Assembly (NCBI RefSeq): GCF_009834535.1
Contig: NC_045696.1
Coordinates: 61,196,001-61,260,000, forward strand
Length of the DNA stretch: 64,000 bases
Reading direction: 5' to 3'
From: Camelus ferus
Lineage: Eukaryota
The notes under the pieces were generated by a model. That model saw only the letters and a program-made list of their open reading frames with translations. It was not told where the DNA came from and did not search any database. A program made the translations under genes and the position numbers. Position 1 is the first letter of the stretch. The number at the start of each line of letters is the position of its first letter. Positions 27,175 to 40,800 of this stretch are shown here, piece after piece.

Positions 27175-29690
27175 CTCCACGGAGCTGGACCCCCGATGGG
27201 GTCACCAGGGCTCTGGCCCAGGACGTAGGGGTGGGGGGTGGGTGGGCAGTGGTCTCTGCTCCTGAATTTCAGGTTCTGCCCAGAAGGGAAGTTGGCCAGA
27301 GGTCTGCCCCAGAGGTCCCCTAAATCCCACACCAGGGGGTGGGAAATGGAGCAGAATAGGGTGATCCCCTTTTCTCTGCTCTACAGCTGTTTCCACAGCT
27401 GGTTAGCCTGGCAGAAGCAAGGTAGCTCTTCTCTGTGTTGGCTGTAGCCTGGGTCCTCTGTCCGGTTTCTCTGTCTTCTCTCCAGTGCAGTGGTCACAGC
27501 TCCAGCCCTACTCCCTGGCTCCCCCACCCGACTGCCCGCCCTCCCTCCCTCCTGCTTCCCTCCCGCCCCAGCTGAGCAGCTCTGACACTGGCTGAAAAAG
27601 GACCTTTCTGAATCACTGCCAAGAGGGCAGCGGGAATGGGGGGACTCTTCCTCCCAGCCACCAGAGCTGCCCCCCCGCCACTGCCTCCCCATACACAAGG
27701 CCCCCTGTCTCTGGCTTCCACCCCAGCCCCCATAGTTGCAGACAACTCCTGGGATTTTAGGGTGGGGGCAATGTCAATCAAGCAGTAGTGTACAAAGAGG
27801 GGTTACAGACTCCCATATGGGCTTGTCTGGGGCTGTGAGGGCTAGTGCATAGCCTGAGTTGGGGGCTTGGACACTAGAGAGCCGTTTCTGGACCTTGCAG
27901 GCAGACCCACTAGAGACCCTCCCCCATCTCCCAGTCCCAGCCTTGGCTAGGCGTCTCCTGGCTCCGGCCCTAATGTGGCCCTGTTACCCTGGTGCCCGAC
28001 GGAAATAGGAGTCCGGCAGCCTGCCAGTGTGGGGCAGTCCAGCCAAGAGCAAGGGGGGTGGAGTGGGGGTGAGGAATCTCCACCTCCTCCCCTGAGATTG
28101 CCTTGTCTGCTGCCCACAACGCCCAGGGTGCCTCCTCCCCAGACCAGCTGGCCAAGATCCAAAGCCCCCTCAAAACAAATATGCAGCTAAACCCTGCAAT
28201 GCCTCCACCTCAAAGCCACAGGATTCCAGGCTATAGGATGTCTCTTGAATAGCACCTACACAGACAACAGACCCAGCAAAAGGGAACTGGAGACACTCGA
28301 TCAAGCCCCCGTGGGCCCCCCACGTTCCCAGAGCTGACAATTGATCCCTCTGCCCCTCCTCAAGGGCACCAGCTGCTGCTCTTACACTCTCCCTCACTAC
28401 AGCCCCCAGACACACCTGACAGCTGCAGGAAGTCCTCTCAGGCCCCCTCAGCGCCCCCCTCCCAGCCCAGGGAGCCCATTTCTTGCACACTGCTCTCTTG
28501 TCCCTATCCAGCTGGCCACCAGCTCTGGGAGTCCCAGCTGGCTGGCGGAGTAGGCAGCTGGAGTGAGAGTTTTGGGGAATCAGCATCCCAGGCTTTTTCC
28601 AAGGCCTTTCTCTCAGTGCTTGACCTCCCTGGCAGGGAAGTGCCCAAAGGGACAGCCATTTCCTGATCTGACCCAGGGAGGAGAGTAATGGGACACCCCC
28701 CAGCAATCAGTCCCTCTTTCCCATCCCCCTGTCATCCACCACTATCCAAAGCTTGTGCAGCCAGCCAGGTGCAGCCTCCCCTCGGTCCCAGTGAATCACC
28801 AGTCTGAGACTGGAATCAGAGATAAGGGACAAGACAAGGTCAGGCTGAGGTCACACTGGAGCTGACTTTCCCTCAAACCCTGACAGACAATGTCCACAGC
28901 AGAGAAGCCTACTGCCTACCTCCCACCAGACACCTGAAGGAGACCCAGGGATCTGACCACAAGTTAAGGGGCTGCTGGAATGGAGTGGCCAGATTGAAAA
29001 TTCTAACCACCATCTGAAAGATGTGCCCCAAATCCACCAGAACCCCATGCCTGACTCTTCCTTTAGACATTGGGTAAGAACAAGCCTCAGAGCTTGCGCA
29101 GTAATCCAACTGTGGGAAGTTGTGAAGAAAAGCAAAGCATGGTCAGGGGTCGGAGCTCAGGCCAGCTCCTGGACCCCTTCTCTCAGCCCTGGAAAACAGC
29201 CACCTTTCTGCCCGACTTTGTCCTGTCAGTGACTGCCCTCTGCCGGCCAAGAGAGAAAGTGATTAATTTCTAAAGTAAGGGAAGCAGCCCCATAAATAAG
29301 ATGCTCATATTTTCCAAAGCAAACAGGGACATTTGGCTTAATATGCAGATTCATAAAGCCAGTAAAAGGCAAGGTCCAGAGCACAGGAGCTCAGTGCCCA
29401 TAGAAGACTAAACCCACATCCTGGCAGTGCTTCCGGGGCTCCCATGCAGCGATGAAGCAAGCCCAAAGGGCAGCTTAATCGGTTCCCAGGGGACTCAGAG
29501 ACACTGAAGCAGATGTCAGCATCAGGAACACACCACCACTGACTCATCCCACCCATCCCACACACAAGCACATCACCCTTCTTTACCCAGTCTCCCACCC
29601 CCAGGATCTGTCCTGGGTCCCAGGAGCATAGACACCCCTCCCTCCTGAGAGGCTGCCCTCAGCTCACTGGCAGATGATGGGGCCTATTAC

Positions 29691-30044
29691 CTGCTGGCCC
29701 TCCTCAGCCCTTATCAGGCGCTGATACGTAGATCTCCCCGCCACAGAACCCAAACTCCCGGCATTAGTGCCAGGGAGGTAGGCAGAGCCCTCGCAGCCCC
29801 CGCCCCTCCAGCGCACCGGCAGCGTCAGCGTCACCGTCACTGCCGTGCGTTCTGAGGAGCTGGGCCTCGAGCATCCTCCAGGGGGGCTGGAGCTGTTAAA
29901 ACGACTCAGCCAGGGCCCAGCCCGCTCCCCACTGCCCCGTATCAGCCTCCTGCGGTCAGAGGAGAGGAGCGGAGCCGGGTGGTCGCGGTCAGTCTTGCTG
30001 GGCCTGCGGCCGCCCCTCCCCCAATCCCCGCGCCCAGCCTCCAT
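29691..30044 (-). CDS. TNK2: TNK2 alternative first exon in a CpG island; possible 118-codon extension ending GSVAGRSTYQRLIRAEEGQQ
   Basis: ORF 29664..30044; donor CAG|gtaata at 29691 in phase 0; 3' end resembles recalled human GSMGERSAYQRLAGGEEGPQ; use of ATG 30044 unproven. Confidence 0.6.
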
Positions 30045-30600
30045 TCCAAGGAGCCGCTTCTCCGCCGCGCAGCACCACCCGCTGGTCCCCAGAGAGCCAG
30101 GTGCGGGGCCCCACCTTCACTGACCACAGAACCACAGCTCCCCTCAGCCCCTGGCCGTCTCCAGGACCCCAGAGCTCCATAGTCACCGATCAGGTCCTGG
30201 GGATTCAAGGGCACTCATATCCATGATAAGGGAGTCCATCCAAGAAGCTCACAGAGGGGAAGCCTCCATCCTGACTTGACCTGAGACCCCTCCCTCCAGA
30301 CGTTGGGGCCTGAAGCCTATCCTTCCACCAGCCAAGTCTCCACGTGGCTCCAATAATGCGCCCACCTGACGGGCTCCCTGGCGCGCTTTTCGGCACTCCA
30401 CTCCACCCAGAGAACCTGTCCAGCCCACTCCTCGCCCGCCGTGGAAGCCACGCCTCCGGCACCCGAACCCGGAGGGAGACCGCGCCCCGGCGCAGCCCAC
30501 GCCTCTTCTCGCTGGCCTTGACTCCTCCCTGCCACCCCCTCCCGCCCCACCCTCAAGACCGAGCTGGCTGCACCGGCTGTACGGCGCATTCATGGCCTGG
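29750..30600. promoter_or_regulatory. TNK2: CpG island / alternative TNK2 promoter
   Basis: CpG-dense, with GC boxes, surrounding the alternative first exon. Confidence 0.75.
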
Positions 30601-32479
30601 CAGAGTGCTGGGGCTGACCTCTCCGGCCTCAGAAGAGTGCCTCGAGAATCCACACTCCCTTCTGGAGGAGCTGCTCCAACATGTGTCCACGCAGGGCTGT
30701 CACCCAGTGCCGGGGTGAGGACACTGCTAGTGGAGAAAGTCCCACTGCAGGGGCTCTTCCTCTCTCTCCTACCGCAAGGGCCCCAAGGGCCCCAAGGTGC
30801 CACAAGCACACTCTCTCATCCTTATGGCATCTGAAGCATCCACCGACTCCTGAGTACCAGGTATTTAGGGCTGATCTCAGGGCACCCTCACCCCTTGGGG
30901 TTTGGGGAAGAGCAGGAGGGAAATGCTGAGACTTCTCTACTCCCCACCCCCTCCTACACACACACTCAAACTCAAGACTGAAAAGAGACCCCAAGAGGGC
31001 ACTAGGTGAGTTTCCATAAGGCTCACTCTCTTCAAAAGCTCCTTCTCCATCTTGAAGCACCCCAGGGCAGGGTATGACCCTGTGCCAGGAAGGGCGTCTA
31101 CTCTAGGCAGAAGCTCCTCTGCACCTTACTGCAGCTATGGCAGAAAGTGGCCTCAGGAGCAGCTGCAGGAACCCAAACTCAGAGATGTCAGGCCCACCTA
31201 TCTCTTCTTTCTCCTGGTTGGATAAAGGGTCTGATCCAAACCATTCTGCCTTCCTGCTTTCTCCCTGCCTCCTCCCTCCATAAGCCCCCTGCCTCTTAAT
31301 GCCATCCTGTTACAGGATATCCACAAAATCCAAACTGCCTCTAAGATTTGGGGAATCTACCCCACATGTATTCCCTCTGGTTTACAACTTGCCCTCTTAT
31401 CTCTAATGGGAGTGGGTAGTGGTTAGGAATCAGCCTGCCTCTGCTGTCTACGCCCCTCCCCCAGGCTCTCCAAAGCATCAGTGAAGTGACAAATCCACAC
31501 TGAGAAGCAGACGTGACATGTAATTTCCGGCCAAGAGGATTTTTCCAAAACAATCTACCGTATTCTCAGGAATATATGCCAACTCCACCTCCAAGCCAGC
31601 CTTTTCCCACCTCTGCCCTCTCTCTTTTCCAAGCCCTAGAGGGAAAACAACAAACTAGGGAGGAAAGAAGAGGGGGCTTATGACTCCTCTCCCACCCAGA
31701 GAATTACCTTGCCTCCACATTCCAGCCCCACCAAGCCTGATCAGCCTCAGCTCACCCCTCTGTGCACAGAGCCTAAGCTTCTGGACCAAGGCCAGGCTGG
31801 TTCCCCTTGGGACCTCATCCCAGAGGGAACTGCACAGGCAACCCCACACCTTTAGGTCATCCCAGGTCTGACATCACACTGGTCTGTGGAGGAGGATGGC
31901 CAAGGGCCAAGGGAGAGAAGGGGGTGATTCAGACACACACCATGGCTGTCCACACCCTTTCCATCTCCAGGACACAGTGGGCCACTGCCTTTCAGGGGAG
32001 CTTGGCAGCTGAGGTCCTGAGGACAGTCAAGGCTGAGGCATATTTGCCAGCAGAACTGGGCCCACAGGCTCTGAGTCCAACCTTGATACCTCGTTATCCT
32101 TCTCCTTAACTGTTGGTACTTCCTAAGACTTTGGATCTCACCCTTTCTTCTCTTCCCTCCCTGGGGGTCACCTCCTCTCCTCCCAGGGCTCCAATTACCA
32201 CCATGTGCTGTCTGTCTCCATTCCCAGACTTTTACAGCCAGCTCCCCTAGGAGCATGCACAGGTACCACAAATTCTGCATATCCAAACTGAGCTTATCAC
32301 CATCCCCTTAAACCTAGTGAATGTGTGCTCCTGTATCTAGACTGAGAACATCACAAGCCAACATCAGCCATCTAGGCTAGAAATCTCACCTCCAACATTA
32401 ATTCCCTACCTTCCACACTGAACAGGCCACAAAATCTTGTTTCTACCTTCTCATTACTCCCCGCATCAATAACATTGGG

Positions 32480-33000
32480 ACAAAAGTCAGACAGACCTGG
32501 GCTGAAATCTTGCCTGGGTCACTCTCTAGTCAGACAACTTTGGGGCAAATGACTTAACCTCTAAGCCTCAATTTCTTCTTCTGTAAAATGGGGATAAACA
32601 GTACCTCATTCAATGAGATCATAAATAGCACACTTAAAACAGTATCTGGCACATAGTTATTTATTGTAATTACTGTCATCTGAACAGAGATCTGAAGTTC
32701 CTCTTCCACTTACATCCTTCTGTAACTCTTCATTGAGTCAAGTACAAGGCCCTTTAGGATCCAGCTCTTGCCTATCTGTCCACCTCTACCTGTTGTCTTT
32801 TCCTTCAAAGTCTCTATATTCCAACCAAGTCAAATACTCGCCCTTCCCTAGACATACCGTCTTCTTTGAGCTACTCTTTGTGATACTTTGTTTGTCTACA
32901 TGAACTCCTACACATCCCTCAAGACCCAAATAAAATGTCATTTCCTTTGTAAATTCCCATTTCCTCCCCCTAAATGGTTCTTTTTCCCATGTTTCCCATG
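32480..33000 (+). mobile_element. MIR plus L2 fragments
   Basis: MIR core (gacttaacctctaagcctcaatttc...tgtaaaatggggata) followed by an L2-like tail. Confidence 0.65.
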
Positions 33001-36000
33001 TTATTTTGTTAAAGTGTGTTCTGAAAACAAGAGTTGTATAAACACATGTGGAAAACAGCCAAAAGAATAAAATATTTTTAATCATCCACCATGCTCTGAA
33101 CCTTAATGGGTCACTATTTCTGTAGCACTCTGAATTAATACATAATTCTATTGAGGAGCCCTATGTACATACCTCTGTTGTGGTTTGTACACTGTCAATT
33201 AACCATCTGTTTATCTGTCACCTTGAAGGAAGAATCTGCAGGGGACATGGTCAAGAGTTTCCTGACAGAGACTTCAAGCCTCTGTGACAGACACTGGAGA
33301 AAGGAGGCCTGCTTCTTTTCTAGTGAGCTGGTGCCACCTTACGTCTGTCCAGTGAATACCAGCAATAAGCCTGGTTGCCCTCTTAGGCTCTGGCTTTGCT
33401 TTCCCGCTTATTCCTAACCCTCAAAAGCAAGCACTTTCATGGGAAGAGGGTCCGTCAATCTCATTACAGCTACTCCTGCCCTAGACCCATTAAGCTACTT
33501 TTCTCCCCCAAAGCTGCTTCAGCCCCAGGGACAACACAGCCAGTCCCTCAAGGCAGAAGGAGAGCTTTGACTCAGCCTTCTCCACGAAGGCTGCCGTCTC
33601 ATCAAACTGGACGGAGAGCTGGGTTACAGGACACAACAGGGTTAATGGGAAGGAGGTCTGGTTTGTTAGGCACCCCAGCCTTGCAGAGAGAGAGGAGGGG
33701 GGACGGGAGTGACAAGGTGGGAAGGTAGAGTGCAGAAGCAAGGTAGATACACTGGGATACAGGGACCCTCCTATGCCTCATCTCCTTAGACTCTAGCAGA
33801 GAAGGATGTGTAACTTTCAGAGAGGAGATGAAAGAATCTGACTAGACACCAGAACAGACCCACACTGAACGCAACACCTCCCCAAATTTACCAACTTGGT
33901 CTTGAAAGTATTTTGTAGCTGTTTCATGCTCCACCAGCAAAAGACTGGTGTGCCAACCCTAACACCCAGAGACAGGACCCTGAGAGCCCTACACATTCCT
34001 GGAGCATCCCTCCCCCGCACATAAACACCAGTCTCGTGTGACAGAGGGTAAATTGCTGCAGCTGTCTGGGTCTCGGGCACACTCACACCACACACGCCTG
34101 GGTGTCAGGCCTAGGAGGCAGGGTACTGCAGAGAGCTGCCTCTCACCAATCCTCTGGCCCAAGCATCATCACAGCACTGAGGCCCGGCAGAGAATCCCAG
34201 GAAGGAAGGATGCAGTCTGGCTCCCAGCCACCAGCCACTCCCTAGCTCTTCCAGGGCTGGGCAGAGGCTGCCCAGCTGGTTACCCCGCCTGCCGGCTCAA
34301 GCCTCACCCCACCCCCAACCCCTGAGCGGAGCCTAGAGCTAAAGGGGCCTATTGTTGGGCCCTGGAGGTGGGGTGGGGAAAGAAGCCAGAGCTGTGAATT
34401 GGAGAGCATTTACTCTGCGAGAGGGACCGCTCATCCCCTTGGGACCATGTCCACACCAGTGCAGGGCAGGCTGCTGGGCCCAGGAAAAGAAGGGTCTGAA
34501 TCTGGGAGTGAGAGAGATGTCAGGGACTTCAAGATATTTAAGATACATTAAATCCCACCCATTTAGCAATAAAGAAACCGAGTCCCTGAAAGGGAAAATA
34601 CATGCCGGGTCTAAGGCATTAAGAAGCCGGGATAGGCAACGGATCCCTAGGAGATGGGGAAGATCAACAGCTCAGAGCAACAGTGATTCCCTTCTGCCTG
34701 TGGAAGGGCAGCCCTGCCAAGGTTAGGGATTAGTAAAGATCAGGGGCCAGGGAGGAGAACTTGCCTCAAAAGGAGACACAGCACCCATGGGACAGGCAGA
34801 GACAAGGATAACCAAGAGTTCTCACGTCCAGCGAAGCCCTTGGCTCCAGAGCACCAGGATGTGCAGCTGCTGAAGGGATGGCCCAGGCCAACCCCCTCGC
34901 CCCACGCCCCTCTTCAGTCACTCACCATGTACCTACTATGTGCTCACCTGGTGCTAGGGTTTGGGGAAATGTGAAGAAGTCACTACTCAGGGCCTCAAGA
35001 AGACACTATGTGCATGTTCTTTACTAAAAGCTTTACCTTCACTGCTTGATTAACCCTCGCCCCTTACTACCCTACATCATCCTGATTTTACAGAGAAGGA
35101 ACCTGAGGCTCTGGAGAGGCGACTGGGGTCACCCAGAGAGTAAGAGATGAAGCCGGAATTCAGTCCATATACACCTATACACTAAACTGTTTGGCTCAAG
35201 GATTCGGGCCCATGGAGGGCAGAGCTGGAGTCTAATTTGTTAAATATATGCTGGATACTGAATGAATTCATGGATTCTGCGAGGAAGTTTTAAGAGGGAT
35301 TAGAGGTTCCAGGAAAAGATAGTGGATTGCACATGCGCACATAATTTCACCCCTTCCCAAAACCCCACCGAAGCTACATAATTTCCAAAAGAGAAATTAT
35401 CTGAATGCAAAAGTAAGGACAGGAAAGATAGTGGAGGAAAAAACCACAACAAAGCCTTGGAAGCTGAAAGTAGATGGGCCAGTGATAACGGAGAGCAGAC
35501 CTGAGAAAATCACATACCACAGGGTAAAAAGTGCCTGACTGACCCCTTAGAATCCTCAAAAGGCATGGGAACTGGCAGTCCCAGAAACCTCTAGAAGAAG
35601 GTGACAGAGCGAAGTGCTAAAAACACAGAGGATTAGTTCAAAGCTGTTTAAGAAGCAGTAACACCCCCTAGACTCCCTCCCCAACACAAAGCCACCGGGC
35701 GGCTGCCCCAGTGCCCACCACCCAGCACAAGGATCTCCCTGCAGGGGTAAAGGCAGGTCTCTGCACAGGCACAGTGGGCGCGGCTGAGAACGGGGCACCG
35801 CGTGCCCCACAAGGAAGTATAGATGTGGAGATCCCAGTCCCCTTCTTGACTTGTTCCCGGGCCTCCACTGCCTGGCAAAGACAAGAGTGTCCTTTCGAGG
35901 GACTCTGATTAGGCCAAGAAAGTTATAAAGAAACCAACACTGAAGTTCCCAGCCAGGTCACCATACAAAGAAGCTCCATCGACAGCCACCCAGCGCTGTA

Positions 36001-36319
36001 GTCCCCAACTCTCAGCCAAGAGCAGACAATAAAAATTACCAGACACCCAAGGAAAGCCTCTAACATGAAAGAGGGTAAAATACTCAGAAAAAAGCAACCA
36101 AGAGGAAACTGACTATGCAGGAGAAGATTTCAGACAGAAAATGCTCATTAATATCCTGAGACACAAGATGCTGTGTCTACAAAGTAAGAACAGGATATGA
36201 CTTTTTTAATAGTGGGAATAAAAAATTATAAATACGACAGGAGACATAAAATATTCAACAGACCTATCCCCACCCTACTCAGCAGAGTGCGCATAAATAT
36301 TTGTTGAATGGATAAATGA

Positions 36320-36660
36320 GTCAGTGTTTCACAAACTTGAACACACATACAGATTATCTGGGGAAACTTGTTAAAATACAGATTCAGATTCCATAGATAC
36401 GGGGTAGGGCCTAAGATTCTGAATTTCTAACAAGCTCCCAAGTGACAACGTGCTCGTCCTTAGACCATAATCTAGGGCCCTCGTTAAACTCTGGAGTGGT
36501 AGCTCTTTGCCCTGGCTGTGCATTTAAGTCACCTGGGAGGTAGGAAAGGGTCAACGTGTGGGCCCTACTCACTGAGATTCTAATCAACTTGGTCTAGGTG
36601 AGACTCAGGCATCAGATCTTGAAGTCTCTTCAGATAATCTAGATTGGGGTTAAGAACCAA
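36320..36660. mobile_element. MER5-like hAT DNA transposon fragments
   Basis: cttgttaaaatacagattc...gggcctaagattctgaatttctaacaagctccc. Confidence 0.65.
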
Positions 36661-37869
36661 TGTTCTGGAGAAAGCCTGTAACTGTGCCAATCACTGGTCC
36701 TGGCCAGAGCAGTCCTGTTTTCAAACATTCTCTCCCATTGCTGACACTGACCACTCTTTCAGAAGGCCCTTCTCATCATGGCCTTGAGCATCAGCTTATG
36801 AGACTATTTACTATACAGATGATAATTCTCAATTCTAAGTCCAATTAGTGTCAGTGGATGGAGAAATCATTCTACTAAATTTCCAAAATTCATGCCGAGA
36901 ATTTTTTCATTAGATTCACACACTTATCCTAATTTTTTTAATTAAAAAAAAAAACTAGACCTTAAAATTTTAGCAAGTCCTCTCTTTTAAAAAAAGATTT
37001 TTTTTTTCAGTGAAATGTGGGTATCTCCCTAGCCAAAACTCCTAATCCATTCTCCCAACGTTTCTGTTAAAACTTAAGTTGAATTTGGTAGTTTTGTGTC
37101 TATCTCATCCATGCCACACATGAGATAATTTAATGTCAACAGACATTTACTGCTACTATAACTGCCAAAAGCACAATAGAAGGAATGGAGGATAAAGTTC
37201 AGGGAATCTTCCACAAGGGAGAGCAGAAGCCCACACCCAGCCACATAATTAGGAAATGATTAGGAAATAGAATCCTGGAGACAAAGGGTCCTGAATGACT
37301 GTAGACTTCAGTGTTAACTCTGGAACCTAAAAACGATGTCTTTAAAATTCTGAAGGAAAGCAATTTCCAGCCTAGATCTCTATATTCAGGTAATTGAGTA
37401 ATTGAGTATCAGACTGGCAAGGTCTCAAAATAATTTACTACCCTTTCACTCTCCTCTCTCAGGAAGCATATACTTTAATACTTTAGTAGCTTCCTGAGAG
37501 AGGAATGACAGAGAACAAGGAGTCCATACTGCTTCAGGGCACAAGGCTCTGAAAGAGACTTCTTCAGAAAGATGAATTTGATAGAATACCTAGCGGAATA
37601 GACATCCTGAGAAATTTAGATAGCTACTAGAGAATTTGACTAACTGAAAGGCGCATAGAAAACTAAGCAAACAAATGAAGCAAGTCCAGGAAGGACAAAA
37701 AGGTGTGCAGAAAAGGAAAAGTCATCACAGTTTACTATACCATAACAATATAAACACGGACAGTAGGATGAAGAAAAAAAAAAAATGAGATACATCCAGA
37801 GTGCATGAACTGGAAGATGGGAAAAGTAGAAGGGTGGGAATGAGGGAATTAAAGTAAAATCTTCATCTT

Positions 37870-40800
37870 TGGCCAAGATGGGTTAAGAGGGATCAGAGTT
37901 ACCCTTCTAACTGAAATGCCACACAGACACACAAAAGAAGGATAAAATATAAAAAATGGTTTTGAAGACACCAGACATTAAGAAACAAAGGGCAGTGATA
38001 CCAATGAGACAGGAAACTCAGCCCTATGGTTGAGTTTCTAGGCTACAGAACAGGGAAGGCAGCCAGATGGACCCCGAAAGACTCTCTGAGTTGAGGAGAT
38101 AGAGCTGAGACTCTGGGGATACTTAGGTGGCCAGAATTCACAGAACAGAGCATCTGAGAAGAGACAGTACCACAGAGGTCTGTAAAAGATTCCCCCTTGA
38201 GTAGTCAGCTGAGTTCTGATCATTACACGAATGTGCAGAAACTACCCAAGGCTGGTGAAAAGAACTACCCAAAAGGATTAGATGTAACAGTGCCTGGCGC
38301 TCACAGGGCTGGGAAAAGTGCCCTTTCCCACTAGCCAGACTGGAAAAGTGAGGTGCTTGGTAGACTAGAGAGGCAGATCTCAGCAGTGGGAAATTATTAG
38401 CCCTAGACTGAGCATGGCTCTGGTCCCACCTATCAAATGTTAAAACCGAGACCCAAGAGGATCAAACTGTTTCCCAGTCACTTAACTGCATCCCAGAATA
38501 AAGCCCAAGAATACTTAAAGGAATACAAAAATAGCCAGCATCCAACGAAGTAAAATGCATTGCTTGGCATCCAATAAAAAAATTATTAGCCATGCCCCAA
38601 AAAAAGAAAAAAAGGCAAGAAGCTATAATCCATAATGAGGAGATAAAGCAATCAACCACAACCAATCTGGAACTGACACAGATGTTAGAATTAGTAGACA
38701 AAGACACTACAATTATTATAACTAAATTTTTAAAGACTGTAATTGAACTTCTAGAATTGAAAAACACTGAATGAAATGAAAAAATAAGGTAAACAGAATC
38801 AAAGGCAGATTAGACAGTGCAGAAGAAAAACTAGGTGAACCTGAAGACACAGTAACAGAAACTACCCAAAACGAAAGGGAGGAAAAAAGATTCCTTTTCA
38901 AATGAGCAAAGCATCAGTGTGCAGTAGGACAATTTCAAGTGGCCTAAAATACGTATGATTGGAGTTCCCAAGGAAAGGAGAGTTGGGAACAGAAACATTT
39001 TTTGAAGAAATAATGGCTGAAATTTTCCCATATTTGATGGAAACTAAGAGATTCAAGAAACTCAATGAACTCCAACACAAGACACATGAAAAACACTACA
39101 CCATTGCACACAGAAATCAAACTGCTCAAAATCAGTGATAAAAATCTCAAAAAGTAGCTAGGGAGGGCAAGGGAGACAAGTTACACACAGGAAATAAAAA
39201 TAAAGATGACAAAAGATTTCTTGCAGAAACAAGGGAAATGAGGACCAGTGGCACAGAATCATTAAAGTACTGTAAGAAAAAATGACCTATAATTCTATTC
39301 CAATGGAAATATCTTTTTAAAACAAAGGCTAAATAAACTTTTAAAATATACAAAAGCTGAAAGAATTCAACACCAGCAGACCTGCCCTATAATAAACGTT
39401 AAAGGAAGTCCTTTAGGCAAAAGGAAAAATAATATCATATAGAAATACAGATCTATGAAAAGAAATGAACAGTACTGGAAATGGCAACTATATGAGTAAA
39501 CAGTTAAGATGTATTATTACTATTTAAATTACTTTAAAAGATAAATCGACTGTTTAAACAAAAATTATACCAACATAGTGTGTGGTTCATCACATGTGTA
39601 ATTATAACTTTTGACAAAAATGGCATGAGAGGAGAAGAATGAAAATATACTATTTTAAGGCTCTTACACTCATATCACTTGAAGGCAGACGATGATAAAT
39701 TAAAGATGTACATTATGGATCCTGCAGACATTACAAGGAAACTATCCTCATAAACATAGAGGCAAAAACTCTTAACAAATTCTTTAGCAAACAGAATCCA
39801 ACAATATATATAAACAATCATACTCATGACCCAATGGAGTTTGTCTCAGGAATGAGAGGCTGATTTAGTATTTGAAATTGCTATGTAATTCAACATGTAA
39901 ATAAACTAAGAAAGAAAATCCTATGATCATTTTGATAAACACAGAAAAAACATTTGAAAAAATCCAACATCCATTTCTATTAAAAATCTCAGCAAAATAG
40001 GAATAGAAAGTAGCTTCTCCAATCTGATAAAGATCATATATGAAAAACCTACAGCTCAATCATTCATAATGGTGAAAGACTGAATGTTTTCCCCTGAAGA
40101 TCAGGAACAACGTGTCTAATCTTCTATTCAAACTTATACTAGAGGATATAGCCAGTGCAGTCAGGCAAGAAAAGAAATGACAAGACTTAAAAAATCAGAA
40201 AGGAAGAAGTAAAATTGTCTTTATTAGCAGATGACATGGCAGTCTATATATAAAATCCAATGGAAGCTACGAAGAAGCTACTAGAGTAAGTCTGTTGGCA
40301 ATTTGGCAGGATATAAGGTCAATATACAGAAGTCAATTGTATTTACACATTTGTATTTATACATGCCAACAAACAACTGGAAACTGAAATTTAAAAAACA
40401 ATACCACCTTACAGCCACATTTTTGGCAACAGCAAAAAGGCAGTAGCAACTATCAATGGATGAATAAACAAAATGTTGTATATTCATACAGTGGATTACT
40501 ATTCAGCCTTAAAAAAGGAAATTCTGACACTTGCTACAACATGGATAAGCCTTGGACACCTTTGGTAAGTGGAAAAAAAACAGTCACAAAAGGACAAATA
40601 CTGTATGAGTCTACTCCCATGAGGTATTCAGAGTAGTCAAATTCACAGAGGCAGAAAGCAGAATGTGGCTGCTAGGGGATAGGGTAGAAGGGGGAATAGA
40701 GAGATTGTTTAATAGGTACAGTTTCAGTTTTGCAAGATAAAAAAAAGTCCTGGAGATGGACAATGGTGATGGTTGCACAACATGAGTATACCTAATAGTA

